From contig NC_068981.1 of NCBI RefSeq assembly GCF_001194135.2, forward strand, positions 163,131,552-163,174,507: a DNA stretch of 42,956 nt, given 5' to 3'. A program made the position numbers and the translations under genes. The notes under the pieces were generated by a model, which had not been told where the DNA came from, made no database searches, and worked only from the letters and a program-made list of their open reading frames with translations. This document shows, piece by piece, positions 12,171 through 23,985 of the stretch; position 1 is the stretch's first letter, and every line of letters begins with the position of its first letter. This stretch comes from Octopus bimaculoides (Eukaryota).

Positions 12171-12774
12171 CTTCTTGAGAATTATCCTATATAAGATTAA
12201 TATGTACGGAAAGATATTAGTGATCAGACAGTCTACTCTTGAAGAGGAATAAAAAATTATAATGAACCCTTAAACATGTTTAAGTCATCATAAAATTTAT
12301 CTTGAAGACATTACTAATATATTTCTTTCCTTCAGCCACACAAACAATTAATTGGAAGATAATATATGAACTTACATGCTATGCTTTTTCCATCTTCCCT
12401 ATCCTTTCCCTATTTCACCCTTCAAGTAACAACAAAATTAAAATTACGAGCACAACATCAAAATAAAGTCATAGGCAAATATTTTATTCCAAGAACAAAA
12501 TGAAACAAAAAACCCCCATATGTCAACATGATGATATGATTAATCTTTCATTCTGTTTAATTCCAAACAGTAAAAACTTGTTTTCTACAAAGCAATGATC
12601 CAGTAATTTCAGTCACTGCAGTTAGCATTTAAGATGCTTAAGCAGAGCCGGAGGTGTGAGTTTCCATTCTGTTGCAATACCATTAAATTTCTCCAATACG
12701 ATGATGGTGGTGGTGGTGGTAATGATAACCAGAATGAAAGCAATGACAGTGATTTTGATAACAATAATTTTTAT

Positions 12775-12960
12775 AATTTTAGCACAAGACCAGCAATTTT
12801 TAGGGGAAGGGGTAAGTCATTTACAATATCTGGCTGGTGCTTATTTTACTGACACTGAGAGGATGGAAGAAAAAGTTAGCCTCTGTGATATTTGAACTCG
12901 AAACACAAAGCCAAAAGAAATGCTGCTAAGCATTTTGTCTTCTGCCAACTTGCTGCCCAT
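12775..12960 (-). mobile_element. SINE family A copy
   Basis: ttttagcacaagaccagcaattt...ctggtgcttatttt...ggatggaagaaaaagttagcctc...tttgaactc...gctaagcatttt...ctgccaacttgctgcc. Confidence 0.75.
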
Positions 12961-13240
12961 AGCTCTAATAAAATAACGATTCTAATAATAAAAGTTGATT
13001 GTTTAAAACTAAGTAGCTTGAGTTTTTCATCTTAGAGCAACCATAAACAGAATAGCCAAAGGGCTGGAGTAGCCACTACTTGAAAAACCTAAAACCAAAT
13101 AACACAGAAACTATACTGAGTTAACATTTGTGTGTATGTGTGCAAGTGTGCATTTTATTTTTTGAGATGTTTTTCTTGATTTCTTACACAGGTACAAGGA
13201 CGAAAGGGTGGAGGAACTCACAAGAACCAATAATGTGTGA

Positions 13241-13400
13241 AGGCAAGTGGCCTAGTGGTTATAATGTTGCATTCATGATTTCACATGCAAGACCATGGTT
13301 TCAATTTTCTAAGAAGCTGTACATTGTGTTCTTGAGCAAAACACTCCACTTCACATTACTTCAGCCCACTCATGCAAGTGTGAGGTGGTGAGTTGGGAAA
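13241..13400 (+). mobile_element. tRNA-headed SINE of another family, diverged
   Basis: A-box-like tggcctagtggtta, B-box-like ggtttcaatt, then CORE-like gtgttcttgagcaaaacact. Confidence 0.55.
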
Positions 13401-13529
13401 ATTACTGAAATGGAGGTCTCGCATTCAGCAATTGAAAGGACGAATAGTGTAACCTGTACCATCAATCCTGACTGGTTGGGATTGGTTGCTCAATCACATG
13501 AAAGGATGGATGAATGATGACAAGGACAA

Positions 13530-13690
13530 AAATTAGGGGATAAAGGATCAGTAGGTTATATATCACTCCAGTATTTGGTTAATAATTATTTTATAGACCT
13601 TGGAAGGATGAACAGCAAAGTAGAATGTGGTGCAATTTGAACTCAGAAATTAAAGGGTTCATCACTAAATATTGCAAGGCACTCAACTCA
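13530..13690 (-). mobile_element. SINE family A, diverged
   Basis: ccagtatttggtt...gaccttggaaggatgaacagcaaagtaga...aatttgaactcagaa. Confidence 0.6.
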
Positions 13691-15397
13691 GTAATACAAG
13701 CCATTCAAAAATGAATCAATTAAACACAATAATTTTTGTCAAAGAAGCTGATCCAAGAACGGTTCAGAGCTTTATCTCAAGACACAATAACAGCTACTGG
13801 AATATTTAAAATAATAGTAGTTTTGTATCGCAATCTTACACTTGTACACTTGCATAACTCCCTATTGACCAAAACAACATCCTGACATTACAATGGTACA
13901 CTGACATAACAAACCTGTATAAATGCACAAGAATACACCAACATCACAGTACATTTGCATGATACCATAATATTAAAATCCATAACTTTATACAGATGCA
14001 GTAAATGTACCTGATGTCAAAATAGTATATTGGTAACAATAATTAAAAATTATCTTAAAGAAAACCAGCACATAATACTTGGACTAACAAGTTGCATTAT
14101 ATAACACTGTAGATAGTTATATAACAAAACTAATAAGATTAACAGTTGTTACACAATCATACAAAACAATACCAATGCAATTAGCTAACAAAATGCTAAC
14201 ATGAGCTCAGATAACTAATAAAAAAAACAAAATTTATATTTGGTTATATTAGATAGAAAAACACATTGCAAGACCTTACCCTCATAACCAAGATATATTT
14301 CCACCATCTAAACATAATTTTCCACACACACAAACATTGAGTGACAGAGAAACATCAGAGAGAGGGCAGAGAAACTGCCAACAGTATGTACACAATAATT
14401 TGTATTATGCTTAGAAGCAACGCATGCTTGACTGTATTATGTGTGTGTGTATGAGTTTGTGACCACGGATACACTGAAAGTAAGCGGTAAAGGCATTATA
14501 CATACCACAAGCACTCACAAATGTAAGGATGACTGCATTTTAATATGTGTGTATATACTTCTGATATATATGAATAGCTGTTAGTATAGGCCTCAATAGT
14601 CTTATATGCATGTATATATGTACATATGATTGTATGTGCATATATGTACCATTATTATCCAGCTACACATGTTAGGCTTCACATGTTACATGTTATAGTT
14701 TGTGTGTGTACACAGGAGTTCAGACATACATATATGCACACACACACACACACACTCAGGCACATTAAATGATTGGCTGCACATGATTGTATCTATATAC
14801 AGAACTGCATGCACTTGTGCATCAATATGCCATCAACATCATTGAAAGTCTGCCAGATTATGTACAAAGTGAGTGTGAGAGTACTCTGTGTATGTGTGTG
14901 TGTGTGTGTGTGTGTGAGTGAGTGTTTGTGTCTGCATGTGCACATGAGTATCCTGTCTATATTTACATATGCACATATATATGCATACATGTGTGGGGAA
15001 GAGGTAGGATAGATACTAATGTGCGCAAAATGCAAGATGCATGAATTTGAAACAATACAGAAGAAATTGAAGATATTACTATATTCTACAATACAGAGGA
15101 ATTCCAAAGAGGAATTGGCTTTTGTTTACCAAGTTTTTATGTCCCAAGTGGCATATAACATTCTCTTATGTGAATATTTACTGATTCACATATGTGTGGT
15201 GATGGCCTTTTAAGTAGAGCAATTTCCTTTCCATTGTTTCTTATACTCCTAATCATTTATACATACAAACTTGTATATGCACATGCCTGAAGATGTATAT
15301 GCACACACACACACACACACATATATAAATAGATAGATATATAAAAATAGACATCATATGCACACACACACACACACAAACACACACATTAGTGCAT

Positions 15398-15554
15398 GTG
15401 TGTAATTGTGATTAAGAAGGTTGCTTTGCAATCACATGGTTTCAGATTCAGACCCACTCTGTAGCACCTTGGGAAAGTGTCTTCCACACTAGTCTAAGGT
15501 CACTCAAATACTTGTAAGTGGTATTGGAAGATGGAAACTGAAAGAAGCCCATCA

Positions 15555-15603
<49 letters not shown>

Positions 15604-15791
15604 CTTCTTGTCTAGACGTCTTGTGATAATTGTAAACGACTGTCATTGTCATTCATTTTCGCTATTAAGTGAAATCATGTCTGACCATGTGGAAATATTA
15701 CTTTGCATAGAAACATGATCAACAATCTACCTCAATAAATTCCATCCAACCCATGCAAGCATGGAAAAGTGCAGGTTATGGTGATGATGAT
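15398..15791 (+). mobile_element. SINE family B with tail type 2 (RTE-like 3' end)
   Basis: Head and core (gcaccttgggaaagtgtctt...gatggaaactgaaagaagccc), (TG)n spacer, tail ending caacccatgcaagcatggaaaagtg...gatgatgat. Confidence 0.85.
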
Positions 15792-15831
15792 ATACATATC
15801 ATAGATTCATAATATCATTTATGTATCGTAC

Positions 15832-16001
15832 TTAGCACCCAGTACACTCTGTAAAGTGGTTGGTATTAGGAGAGGCATCCAGCTGGAGGATGCCAAACCA
15901 AAGATGACACTGGAGCACAACACAGCCCTGCAGCATACTGCTTCTTTGCCAAACCACCCTGCCTGTGCTAGCATGGAAAGTGGAAGATAAATGATGACGA
16001 T

Positions 16002-16003
<2 letters not shown>
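15832..16003 (+). mobile_element. SINE tail type 3 fragment
   Basis: agcacccagtacactctgtaaagtggttggtattaggagaggcatccagctg...gtgctagcatggaaagtgg...atgatgacgatga. Confidence 0.75.
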
Positions 16004-16048
<45 letters not shown>

Positions 16049-16102
16049 GGAATGGCAACAAAAGAAAGAAAGAGACCTCGATATTATGCAAATAGAGGAA
16101 TG

Positions 16103-16237
16103 TATCTGTAAAGATATGTGACACTTATTCAGTAGCTGGATAACTGAAGAGATGTTGGAGTGGACCCCCCGCCCTGGCATCAGAAACTCGGAGTTTTATC
16201 ATGGCTACTGAATAAGTGTCGCATATCTTTACAGATA
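16103..16237 (+). ncRNA. Candidate type I hammerhead ribozyme with 34-bp extended stem I
   Basis: Stem I GATAA(16139-43)/TTATC(16196-200); core CTGAAGA(16144-50); stem II GATGTTGG/CTGGCATC; one extra A(16182); GAAA(16183-86); short near-palindromic stem III ACTC-G-GAGT; cleavage triplet GUU(16193-95). Outer inverted repeat 16103-16136/16204-16237 has a single U-G wobble. Confidence 0.65.
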
Positions 16238-16614
16238 TATATATATATATATATACTCTCTCTTTCCTTTCCTGAGCGTCCAATAATACTATCCATATCA
16301 CGTCCTCACTTTGTTGTTTTTTTGTTTTTTTGTTATTGTGTTTNNNNNNNNNNNNNNNNNNNNNNNNNNNNNNNNNNNNNNNNNNNNNNNNNNNNNNNNN
16401 NNNNNNNNNNNNNNNNTGTGTGTGTGTGTGTGTGTTAGCCAATTGCATACATATACATATATTTAAAAAAATCAGATAAGAAGTAAAATTTTATGCAAAG
16501 AGGAAACAAACAAAGTATTCCACACTGAATCAGATAGGCAAATGCATGTTTCCTGAAAAATGTATAAGTAAAAAGTGGAAAAGCCACTAGGAAGAATTGT
16601 ACAAGGAAGCTTAA

Positions 16615-16830
16615 CCCTTTGGCATTCAGATTATTTTGTCAAATATAATGCTTATTTATTCACTTGTTTTGAATTAATCGTGCATTATCTCACAGCTACA
16701 AGATTTCAATGATGTGATTATTTTTTTAAATGACATTGTAGGGTAGGTCTGAGAAGCTGGATATGGCCAACTTCAACATAAAACAGGTTGAATATTTGAG
16801 CTGGATATGGCTGGTTTAAATACTGAATGG
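16615..16830. mobile_element. piggyBac-type MITE copy, inverted relative to 8146-8366
   Basis: TTAA|CCCTTTGGCATTCAGA left end; degenerate right end ...aaatactgaatgg|ttag; interior is the reverse complement of the 8.1-kb copy. Confidence 0.8.
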
Positions 16831-17061
16831 TTAGTACATAGAAGGGGGAAGCAGCAGAAAATTTATTGTTTTGGAAGATATACTTTATCAAAGAGAAAAC
16901 GATGCATGATACCACAAAAAAAAAAAAAGAAAAAAGTATGATACATGTGACCTCTGGATTTTTACAATAGATAAACTGTATTCCTATATGTTGTAGGAAG
17001 GTAACTAAAAACCTGAAGCAAAATGTTCAACCCATACCAGCATGCAATGTGAATGTAAAAA

Positions 17062-17093
<32 letters not shown>

Positions 17094-17604
17094 ACTTTAT
17101 AAACATACACATGATATACATTTAGATATACCTGCAAGCATATATACATACATATACACATGTATGTATTAAAGTTTTATATTTACAGCTTTATTTTCGA
17201 AGTCGAGGGAAAGAGGGGTGTCTTTATTATTCCAATTCTGCATATTACTTAAGATTTAGCACTAATTTCTTTTCTTTATTTTGTTGTTTTGTTTCTGTAT
17301 TTTTCCTTTTTTCTTTTTCAACTTGTCTTTTACTTATATCTTTACTTATATCCTTTCCTTCCTTCCCTCCATTTTTGATGTTCTTGTATTGAAGAATCTC
17401 ACTATACTGTAATATTTATTGGCATGCTACAGACACATGGAGCCATTATTTCTTATGTTGCAGACATGGTACTTACAAAGTCTTTCGCCAGAGAGCAAGA
17501 GATGGGAAAACATGAAAACAAAGCTATAGATATACAAACAAAGACAAGAGCAGCAGCAGCACTAATAAATATATATATATATTCTATATTTATTTTTAAT
17601 ATAT

Positions 17605-17607
<3 letters not shown>

Positions 17608-17692
<85 letters not shown>
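17608..17692. repeat. (TA)n microsatellite
   Basis: Pure TA run of about 42 units. Confidence 0.97.
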
Positions 17693-17695
<3 letters not shown>

Positions 17696-18185
17696 TATAC
17701 ATATTTATATATATTAGATATCTTATATACATTACATATGATATATGTACATTACACTTATCTAATGTAATATTTTTTTCTGAATTAAATACATGTTTAA
17801 AATTTATTTTTGTTTACTTGTTTAAACATTATCAGTTTTGTTGTATCTTTTTTTTAAAGATTAAAACAGTAAGTGGTGAATTTTAATAAGTGTGAGTAGG
17901 TTTGATAATTTATCAAGTTTAGTAAAATCTAATATTTTTACAAGAATTAATGGCAGGGATGTTATAGTCTGAGTTTTATATTTGAATTGGCTAAGTGTTA
18001 CTGACTCATAAGCACATACTTTGGACTAAAATGAATAAAATGCAGGAATAATTATATTAGGATGAAATGTTAATGTGTGTATATATGTGTGTGTGTGAGT
18101 ATATAATAAATAAATAAGTAAATAAATAAATAAATATGCATATACATGTACACACGTACATAAATTTATACATATAATAGGTGCA

Positions 18186-18635
18186 AGTATGCTTGTGTGG
18201 CTAAGAGGCTTGTTTCCCAGTCATATGGTTCTGGGTTCAGTCCTATATTGAGCAAGTGTTTTTAACTATAGCCTTGAGCCAACCAAAACCTTGTGAGTGA
18301 ATTTGGTCGACAGGAACTGAAAGAAAACCAATGCGTACATGGGTTGGTGTGTGTGTGTGCGCACATATGTGTGTATACACATCTATATTTATTTCTGTAT
18401 GCGTGCGCTTGTGCTCTTGCTATTATGTGATGATTGTAAATGCGAATCACCATCATACAAATGATGTTGTTAGATTCCAGTCTTCTATGTCTGGCCATGG
18501 GGAAATATTACCTAGCTTGGAAACAGATTAGGACTGGCTGCAAGAAAAGCACCAATCACAGAAAATGTGCCCTAACAAATTGAGTACAGTTTGTGCAAAC
18601 ATGGGAAAACAATACATTAAACAATACTGTTGATG
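18186..18635 (+). mobile_element. SINE family B with tail type 2
   Basis: gtgtggctaagagg...ggttctgggttcagtcc...gagcaagtg...ccttgtgagtgaatttgg...tgtctggccatggggaaatattacc. Confidence 0.8.
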
Positions 18636-19218
18636 GTGGTATTCTCTGTATGCCTGCATCTATGTCTGTGCATGAGTACATATGCATCCAGATGCATACA
18701 CACAATATTAGACAGAAACTGAATGATTGTAACTGCCTGATAAATTATTACTCAAACTGCTGAGCCATTTCCATAGCCCCAGCCATGCTGTATTCAGGTC
18801 TAATAAACTACTCAAAAGTCTACACAATCACTGATTCCTTTTCTGTGTATGTTGCTGGCTGGGTTTCTTCTATATAAAAACACTGACTTTAAATAAATAT
18901 ACACATAAGTAAAATAAGTTTCTGTTGCTTTCAATGGTGAATATTCAATTGTTTAATCAGCCGAGCAATGTGCCCACTGAATTAGCATGCAAGTGATAGA
19001 ACACAGACAAATGTAACCCTAATTCTTAGATACAATTGGTGTGATGCAGAGTGACAAAGTAAGCCATTAAAGCACAATCCGACAGTCTTTCACCCACTTC
19101 CTGTCTCTCCAATTTCACTGACAAGGGTTCAGTTAGAGAAAAGGAACCTGGTGAAGTTACCATGCAAGAAAATCTAATTCTGAACTGTGTGATTGTGAAA
19201 CTCACATACATATACACA

Positions 19219-19545
19219 GGCAAAGGTGTGGCTGTGTGACACCTTGAGCAAGTGTCCTCAACTATAATCCCAGGCCAACAAAAGCCTTGCAAGCAAATTT
19301 GGTAGGTAGAAACTGAAAGAAGCCTTTTGTGTGAGTGTGCCCTTGTCTTGATATTGCATGATAGTTGTAAAGGATTGTCATTGTCATACAAGCAGTGTTA
19401 TTCATTTCCAGTATTCTATGAGAACCTGTCTGGGCATAAGAAAACTATTACTGTGCTTGGAAACTGCTGGGTGGGGGTTGGTGATAGGAAGGGCATTAAT
19501 CTGACCCAAGAAAGCATGGAAAGGATGACGTTAAAATGATGATGG
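19219..19545 (+). mobile_element. SINE family B with tail type 2, head internally deleted
   Basis: ggctgtgtg joined directly to acaccttgagcaagtg; tail ends gcatggaaaggatgacgttaaaatgatgat. Confidence 0.8.
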
Positions 19546-20124
19546 TGTATGGTATGTGAGTGTATGCCTTAACAAATCAAAAGACACTTTGGATAAAGGA
19601 ATCTTGGATACAGTATGTCTTAGAAAAGACATAAGGAGGTAGCAATGTCATGGGGAAGGTCAGTAAGAGAAAAAAATGGGTAGGCAAAAAGTGATACAGT
19701 ATAGAACTAGAAAGAAATGTGTACAAGTTGAAAATACAAAAGCTGCCATAAGTGTTTAATGCTTATCATTCTAATCCAGTAAATCGACACATATACATAT
19801 ATATTAACATGCATGATCATTTAAATTAATATGCCTAACTGCAATGAAAGAAGTATCACAATCAAAGATACAGAGAGGAAGTGATTAACAGCATTTTGTC
19901 AGCTGAACTAAAGCTAATGATTGATTCATTGTGAAGGAGGCTGGCAGACTGACTGATCTTAAAACATTTCTATTCAATAATTGTCCTTGTTGACAGAAAT
20001 GAAGTTGCAAAAGACCAATAGTGAGCTGTATTTACAAAAATCTATGAACAATCATTATCAGAATCTTTTTATCTTTTTTCTCATCACAACATAGAGGAGT
20101 ATAGAGACATATACACACACTCTT

Positions 20125-20163
<39 letters not shown>

Positions 20164-22233
20164 TGGGGATATATATACACAAGTGAATAATTAAGACTTG
20201 ATGCTGTATTGTTAGAAATACCAATAGAAATTTCTCATATATGCTCAACTGTTGTGAGAAAAAGTGGGCAGATCCAGTTGACATGCCTTTGATAGTAAGA
20301 TCTAACCGGTCAGAGTAGACCAGTGTTAAACAGGACCTCACACACACTTATACACACATGAATGTCTGTCTGTGCACATATCAGTACACATTATACTGAG
20401 CCCAATGATTTCTATCTGGTCTGAAGCAAGATACTGAGCAAATTGATGGATTAACAAATTTGGTTTTTAATAAATACTCACATATATACTTTAACTACAT
20501 AATATTTTACATTGGGTGCTTCTCCTTTAGCATATGTGATGTGCTTAATCACTGTTACATAAGACTAGTTGATTGCAGAGCAATCACCAAACAAGACAAA
20601 AATCACACAGATTTACCAAACTATCTTGTTCATGCTATCATTGCAGAATGCATGTATGGGTGTGCATGCACACACTTATGAACATACATACACATGTAAA
20701 TACATGTACAAAGAAAATAACCAGCATTCCAAACTGAAACACAAAACCATTTTTGAGTATCAAAAATTACTAGGAACATAATGTTCAGATACCGTATGAA
20801 AATAGCTCTGTAGTAATAGTTGTAGTAGAGCATGAGAGATAGGGAAGCTTCAAGAAGATCAAAGACATCTGAGAATGGGAATCAATCAATGAAGTTGTTT
20901 AGGTGTTGCTGGAACATGTATGGTGTCCGTTTACAGTCTGTGATGATGAAATGTTGATATAGTTTTGCATGATATAAAATCCAATAGCTGACAACAAATA
21001 AATGCATATAAATAGATAGTTTTTTTAGAAGTTTTTCTTTTTTTTCTTTTCTTTCTTTATTTATTTTGTTAATCTGAAAACACAGATACAAGCAGTCACG
21101 GTGTTTCTGAATAAGTCTGCTACAGCACGCGCATTAAATTAGAATAGGGTAATGTACCAGTAAACCATTGATCCACATTGGTTTGTAATAGCAACAAAAA
21201 TAGTAAAATTAACTAGATACACAAAATATGAAAATATATCCGGGAACATGAAGGTGCCTCAAAAGAGACACCTGTTAGTTCCAGGTTTCATGCTAGTCAC
21301 AGATAATACATAAACCTCCATCTACCTGGATAAGATGACCATCTATTTGCAGTTGATATTCAGCCACTGCCTTTGACATCTTATGTGAATCTATAGAGAA
21401 CCTCTACATTGGTTGCATGACATGCTCAGAAATACCATATTAAGTAGTACTGTATTAGAAAAAAAAAGATTCAATGCGTAACATAGCGCTAGATTACACT
21501 GTCTGAAAAAAGGAAAATAACAGACCACTACAGCTTTTCATAAAGGTTGATCCGGGTCTATCCACCATCAGCAATAATACCTAGGTAACTAGAATGTGTA
21601 GAGCAGAATACATATAACCACTAACTTGCACTTGATTTGAACCATGACCTGAACATCCATCGAATAGTATCTCAACAGCTAGTCCACTTCACTTCTGGTG
21701 AGGCTATCAATGAATAAATGAAGCTAGACAACAAAAAGAAAAACAAAGCCAACAAAAATGCTGATATCTTTGATTACCTTGAATGACAAATTAATTGATT
21801 GATTGTGAAATCTAATATGTCACCGGCTGACAACTTGGCATTGTAAGTGGGATGACCAGAGCTATTTCTGCTTGTTAAATGACTTACTAAGTGAGTTGCT
21901 TCCTGAATGAAACCTCTTATTAACAGTTAAGTTAAACAAGATGTTTGCTTAAGTGGGAGAAATGAATTCTGTTATTTTCTGACAAGGTTAAGAGGACAAT
22001 TTTTTTTTTTTTTAAATGTGAGGGAGGATGGATAAATTAAGTCCACCATATTGCAACTAGTATTTAATGCTGTAGTGGAAAGACCCTTAAATCCTTAAAT
22101 GAATGCATTTCCCCAGCAGTGTTTCAGTCAGAAAGTAGAGTTGAACTTAAGCATTTATGTTGGTTTGGTGCTTTGCTGCAGATGCTGATGTTACTGATGA
22201 AGACAATGACGATAATAATGAGGCAGAGACAGT

Positions 22234-22506
22234 CATCATCATCATCATCATCGTTTAACGTCTGCCTTCCATGCTAGCATGGGTTGGACGATTTGATAGA
22301 GTTTCTACAGCTGGATGCCCTTCCTAACGCCAACCACTCCGAGAGTGCAGTGGGTGCTTTTACGTGCCACCGGCACGAAGGCCAGTCAGGCGGTACTGGC
22401 AACGGCCACGCTCAAAATGGTGTATTTTACGTGCCACCTGTACAGGAACCAGTCCAGCGGCACTGGCAATGATCTCGCTCGAATGTCTTTACATGTGCCA
22501 GGAAGG
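22234..22506 (-). mobile_element. SINE tail type 3 with about 67-bp internal subrepeats
   Basis: (cat)n cgtttaacgtctgccttccatgctagcatgggttggacg, then 2-3 units beginning ttttacgtgccacc. Confidence 0.85.
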
Positions 22507-22649
22507 TGATGCTGGGCACAGGTGCCATCATGATATCAAAAATAATTGGTGCATTCTGCATGATAAAAATCATGAACATCAAAATCATGCCTGTGTTCAC
22601 AAATATACTTTGTGTATTGAACTGGACAAGATTTCAATAGTAGTAAGTC

Positions 22650-23434
22650 TGTCTTCTTCAGATTCAAAATAAGACAAGAAAAACTAAGTGAAAAATACAC
22701 CGAAATGCAGAAATCAGAAAGTTCAGCTGAGCTATCCTGTATTCCTTCCTAGACATCAAATTTCATCAAATTTCACTGGTTCAACTTGCTAAAACAGGGN
22801 NNNNNNNNNNNNNNNNNNNNNNNNNNNNNNNNNNNNNNNNNNNNNNNNNNNNNNNNNNNNNNNNNNNNNNNNNNNNNNNNNNNNNNNNNNNNNNNNNNNN
22901 NNNNNNNNNNNNNNNNNNNNNNNNNNNNNNNNNNNNNNNNNNNNNNNNNNNNNNNNNNNNNNNNNNNNNNNNNNNNNNNNNNNNNNNNNNNNNNNNNNNN
23001 NNNNNNNNNNNNNNNNNNNNNNNNNNNNNNNNNNNNNNNNNNNNNNNNNNNNNNNNNNNNNNNNNNNNNNNNNNNNNNNNNNNNNNNNNNNNNNNNNNNN
23101 NNNNNNNNNNNNNNNNNNNNNNNNNNNNNNNNNNNNNNNNNNNNNNNNNNNNNNNNNNNNNNNNNNNNNNNNNNNNNNNNNNNNNNNNNNNNNNNNNNNN
23201 NNNNNNNNNNNNNNNNNNNNNNNNNNNNNNGTGCATAATCAACATCATAACAGGTATGACCATGAAATTTAATTACACAAATGGTTAAGTTGGAACAAGT
23301 GAAACTTAATGACTTTTTTTTTTTGCCTAGGGAGGAACACAAGATAGTCCAGTTAAATTTTTGAATTTCTGCATTCTGTGTATTTTTTTTTTTTTTCAAT
23401 TATTCTTGTCTTATTTTCTAACTTGAAGAAGACA
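22650..23434. mobile_element. Element with long (about 140-bp) imperfect terminal inverted repeats spanning a gap
   Basis: 22650-22790 (tgtcttcttca..aaaataagacaagaa..aaatacac..atgcagaaat..ctatc.tgt.ttcct.cctag) is the reverse complement of about 23290-23434. Confidence 0.65.
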
Positions 23435-23519
23435 TATTGTTCTGTTCAGTAAACAAAGTCAATCTGTGTTTTTACATATCACACTCTTATAACTATGTAA
23501 TAATAAGAAAAATGGTTTT

Positions 23520-23985
23520 AAATTTTGGAACAAGGCTTGCAATTTCAAGAGAGGGGATAAGTCAATTTCAATGTCTCCAGTAATCAACTGGCACTTATTA
23601 TTTCATTGACCTTGAAAGGGTGAAAGGCAAGGTCAACCTCAGTGTAATTCGAACTCAGAACACATAAATGGACAAAATGCCACCCAGCCTGCTAGCAATT
23701 CCGCCAGCTTGCTGCTCTAAAGACAGACAAAATGTTGCCAAGCATTTAGTCTGGTGTGATAATGATTTTGGCAGCTCACCATCTTTTCAATTTAGACACA
23801 AGGCAAGAAATCTGGTGGGGAGCAAGGAGCTGATCATAATTACCCAGTGAGAGACAGGTTTTTTTATTTTAACGATGGTAAAAGGACAAAAAGTAAAAGC
23901 TGACCATGGCAGAATTTGAACTTGGGACACAAAATATACAAGGTATTTTGTCCAACACTCTAAAAGATTCTGCCAATCTAGTAAA
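23520..23985 (-). mobile_element. Two tandem SINE family A copies, the first with a duplicated head segment
   Basis: Central motif gaaaggcaaggtcaacctc...ttcgaactcagaac and a second copy aaaagctgaccatggcagaatttgaacttggg; head segment gacaaaatg...cagct occurs twice in 23670-23785. Confidence 0.75.

Noticed and set aside
13191-13241. + strand acceptor followed by a GC-type donor (aag|gcaagt)
   Set aside because: The apparent donor is the first bases of a SINE head.
21555-21600. Minus-strand SYLGIIADGG resembling the RT YLG motif
   Set aside because: Isolated 10 residues followed by a stop, no flanking RT motifs, and it overlaps a family E-like repeat region.
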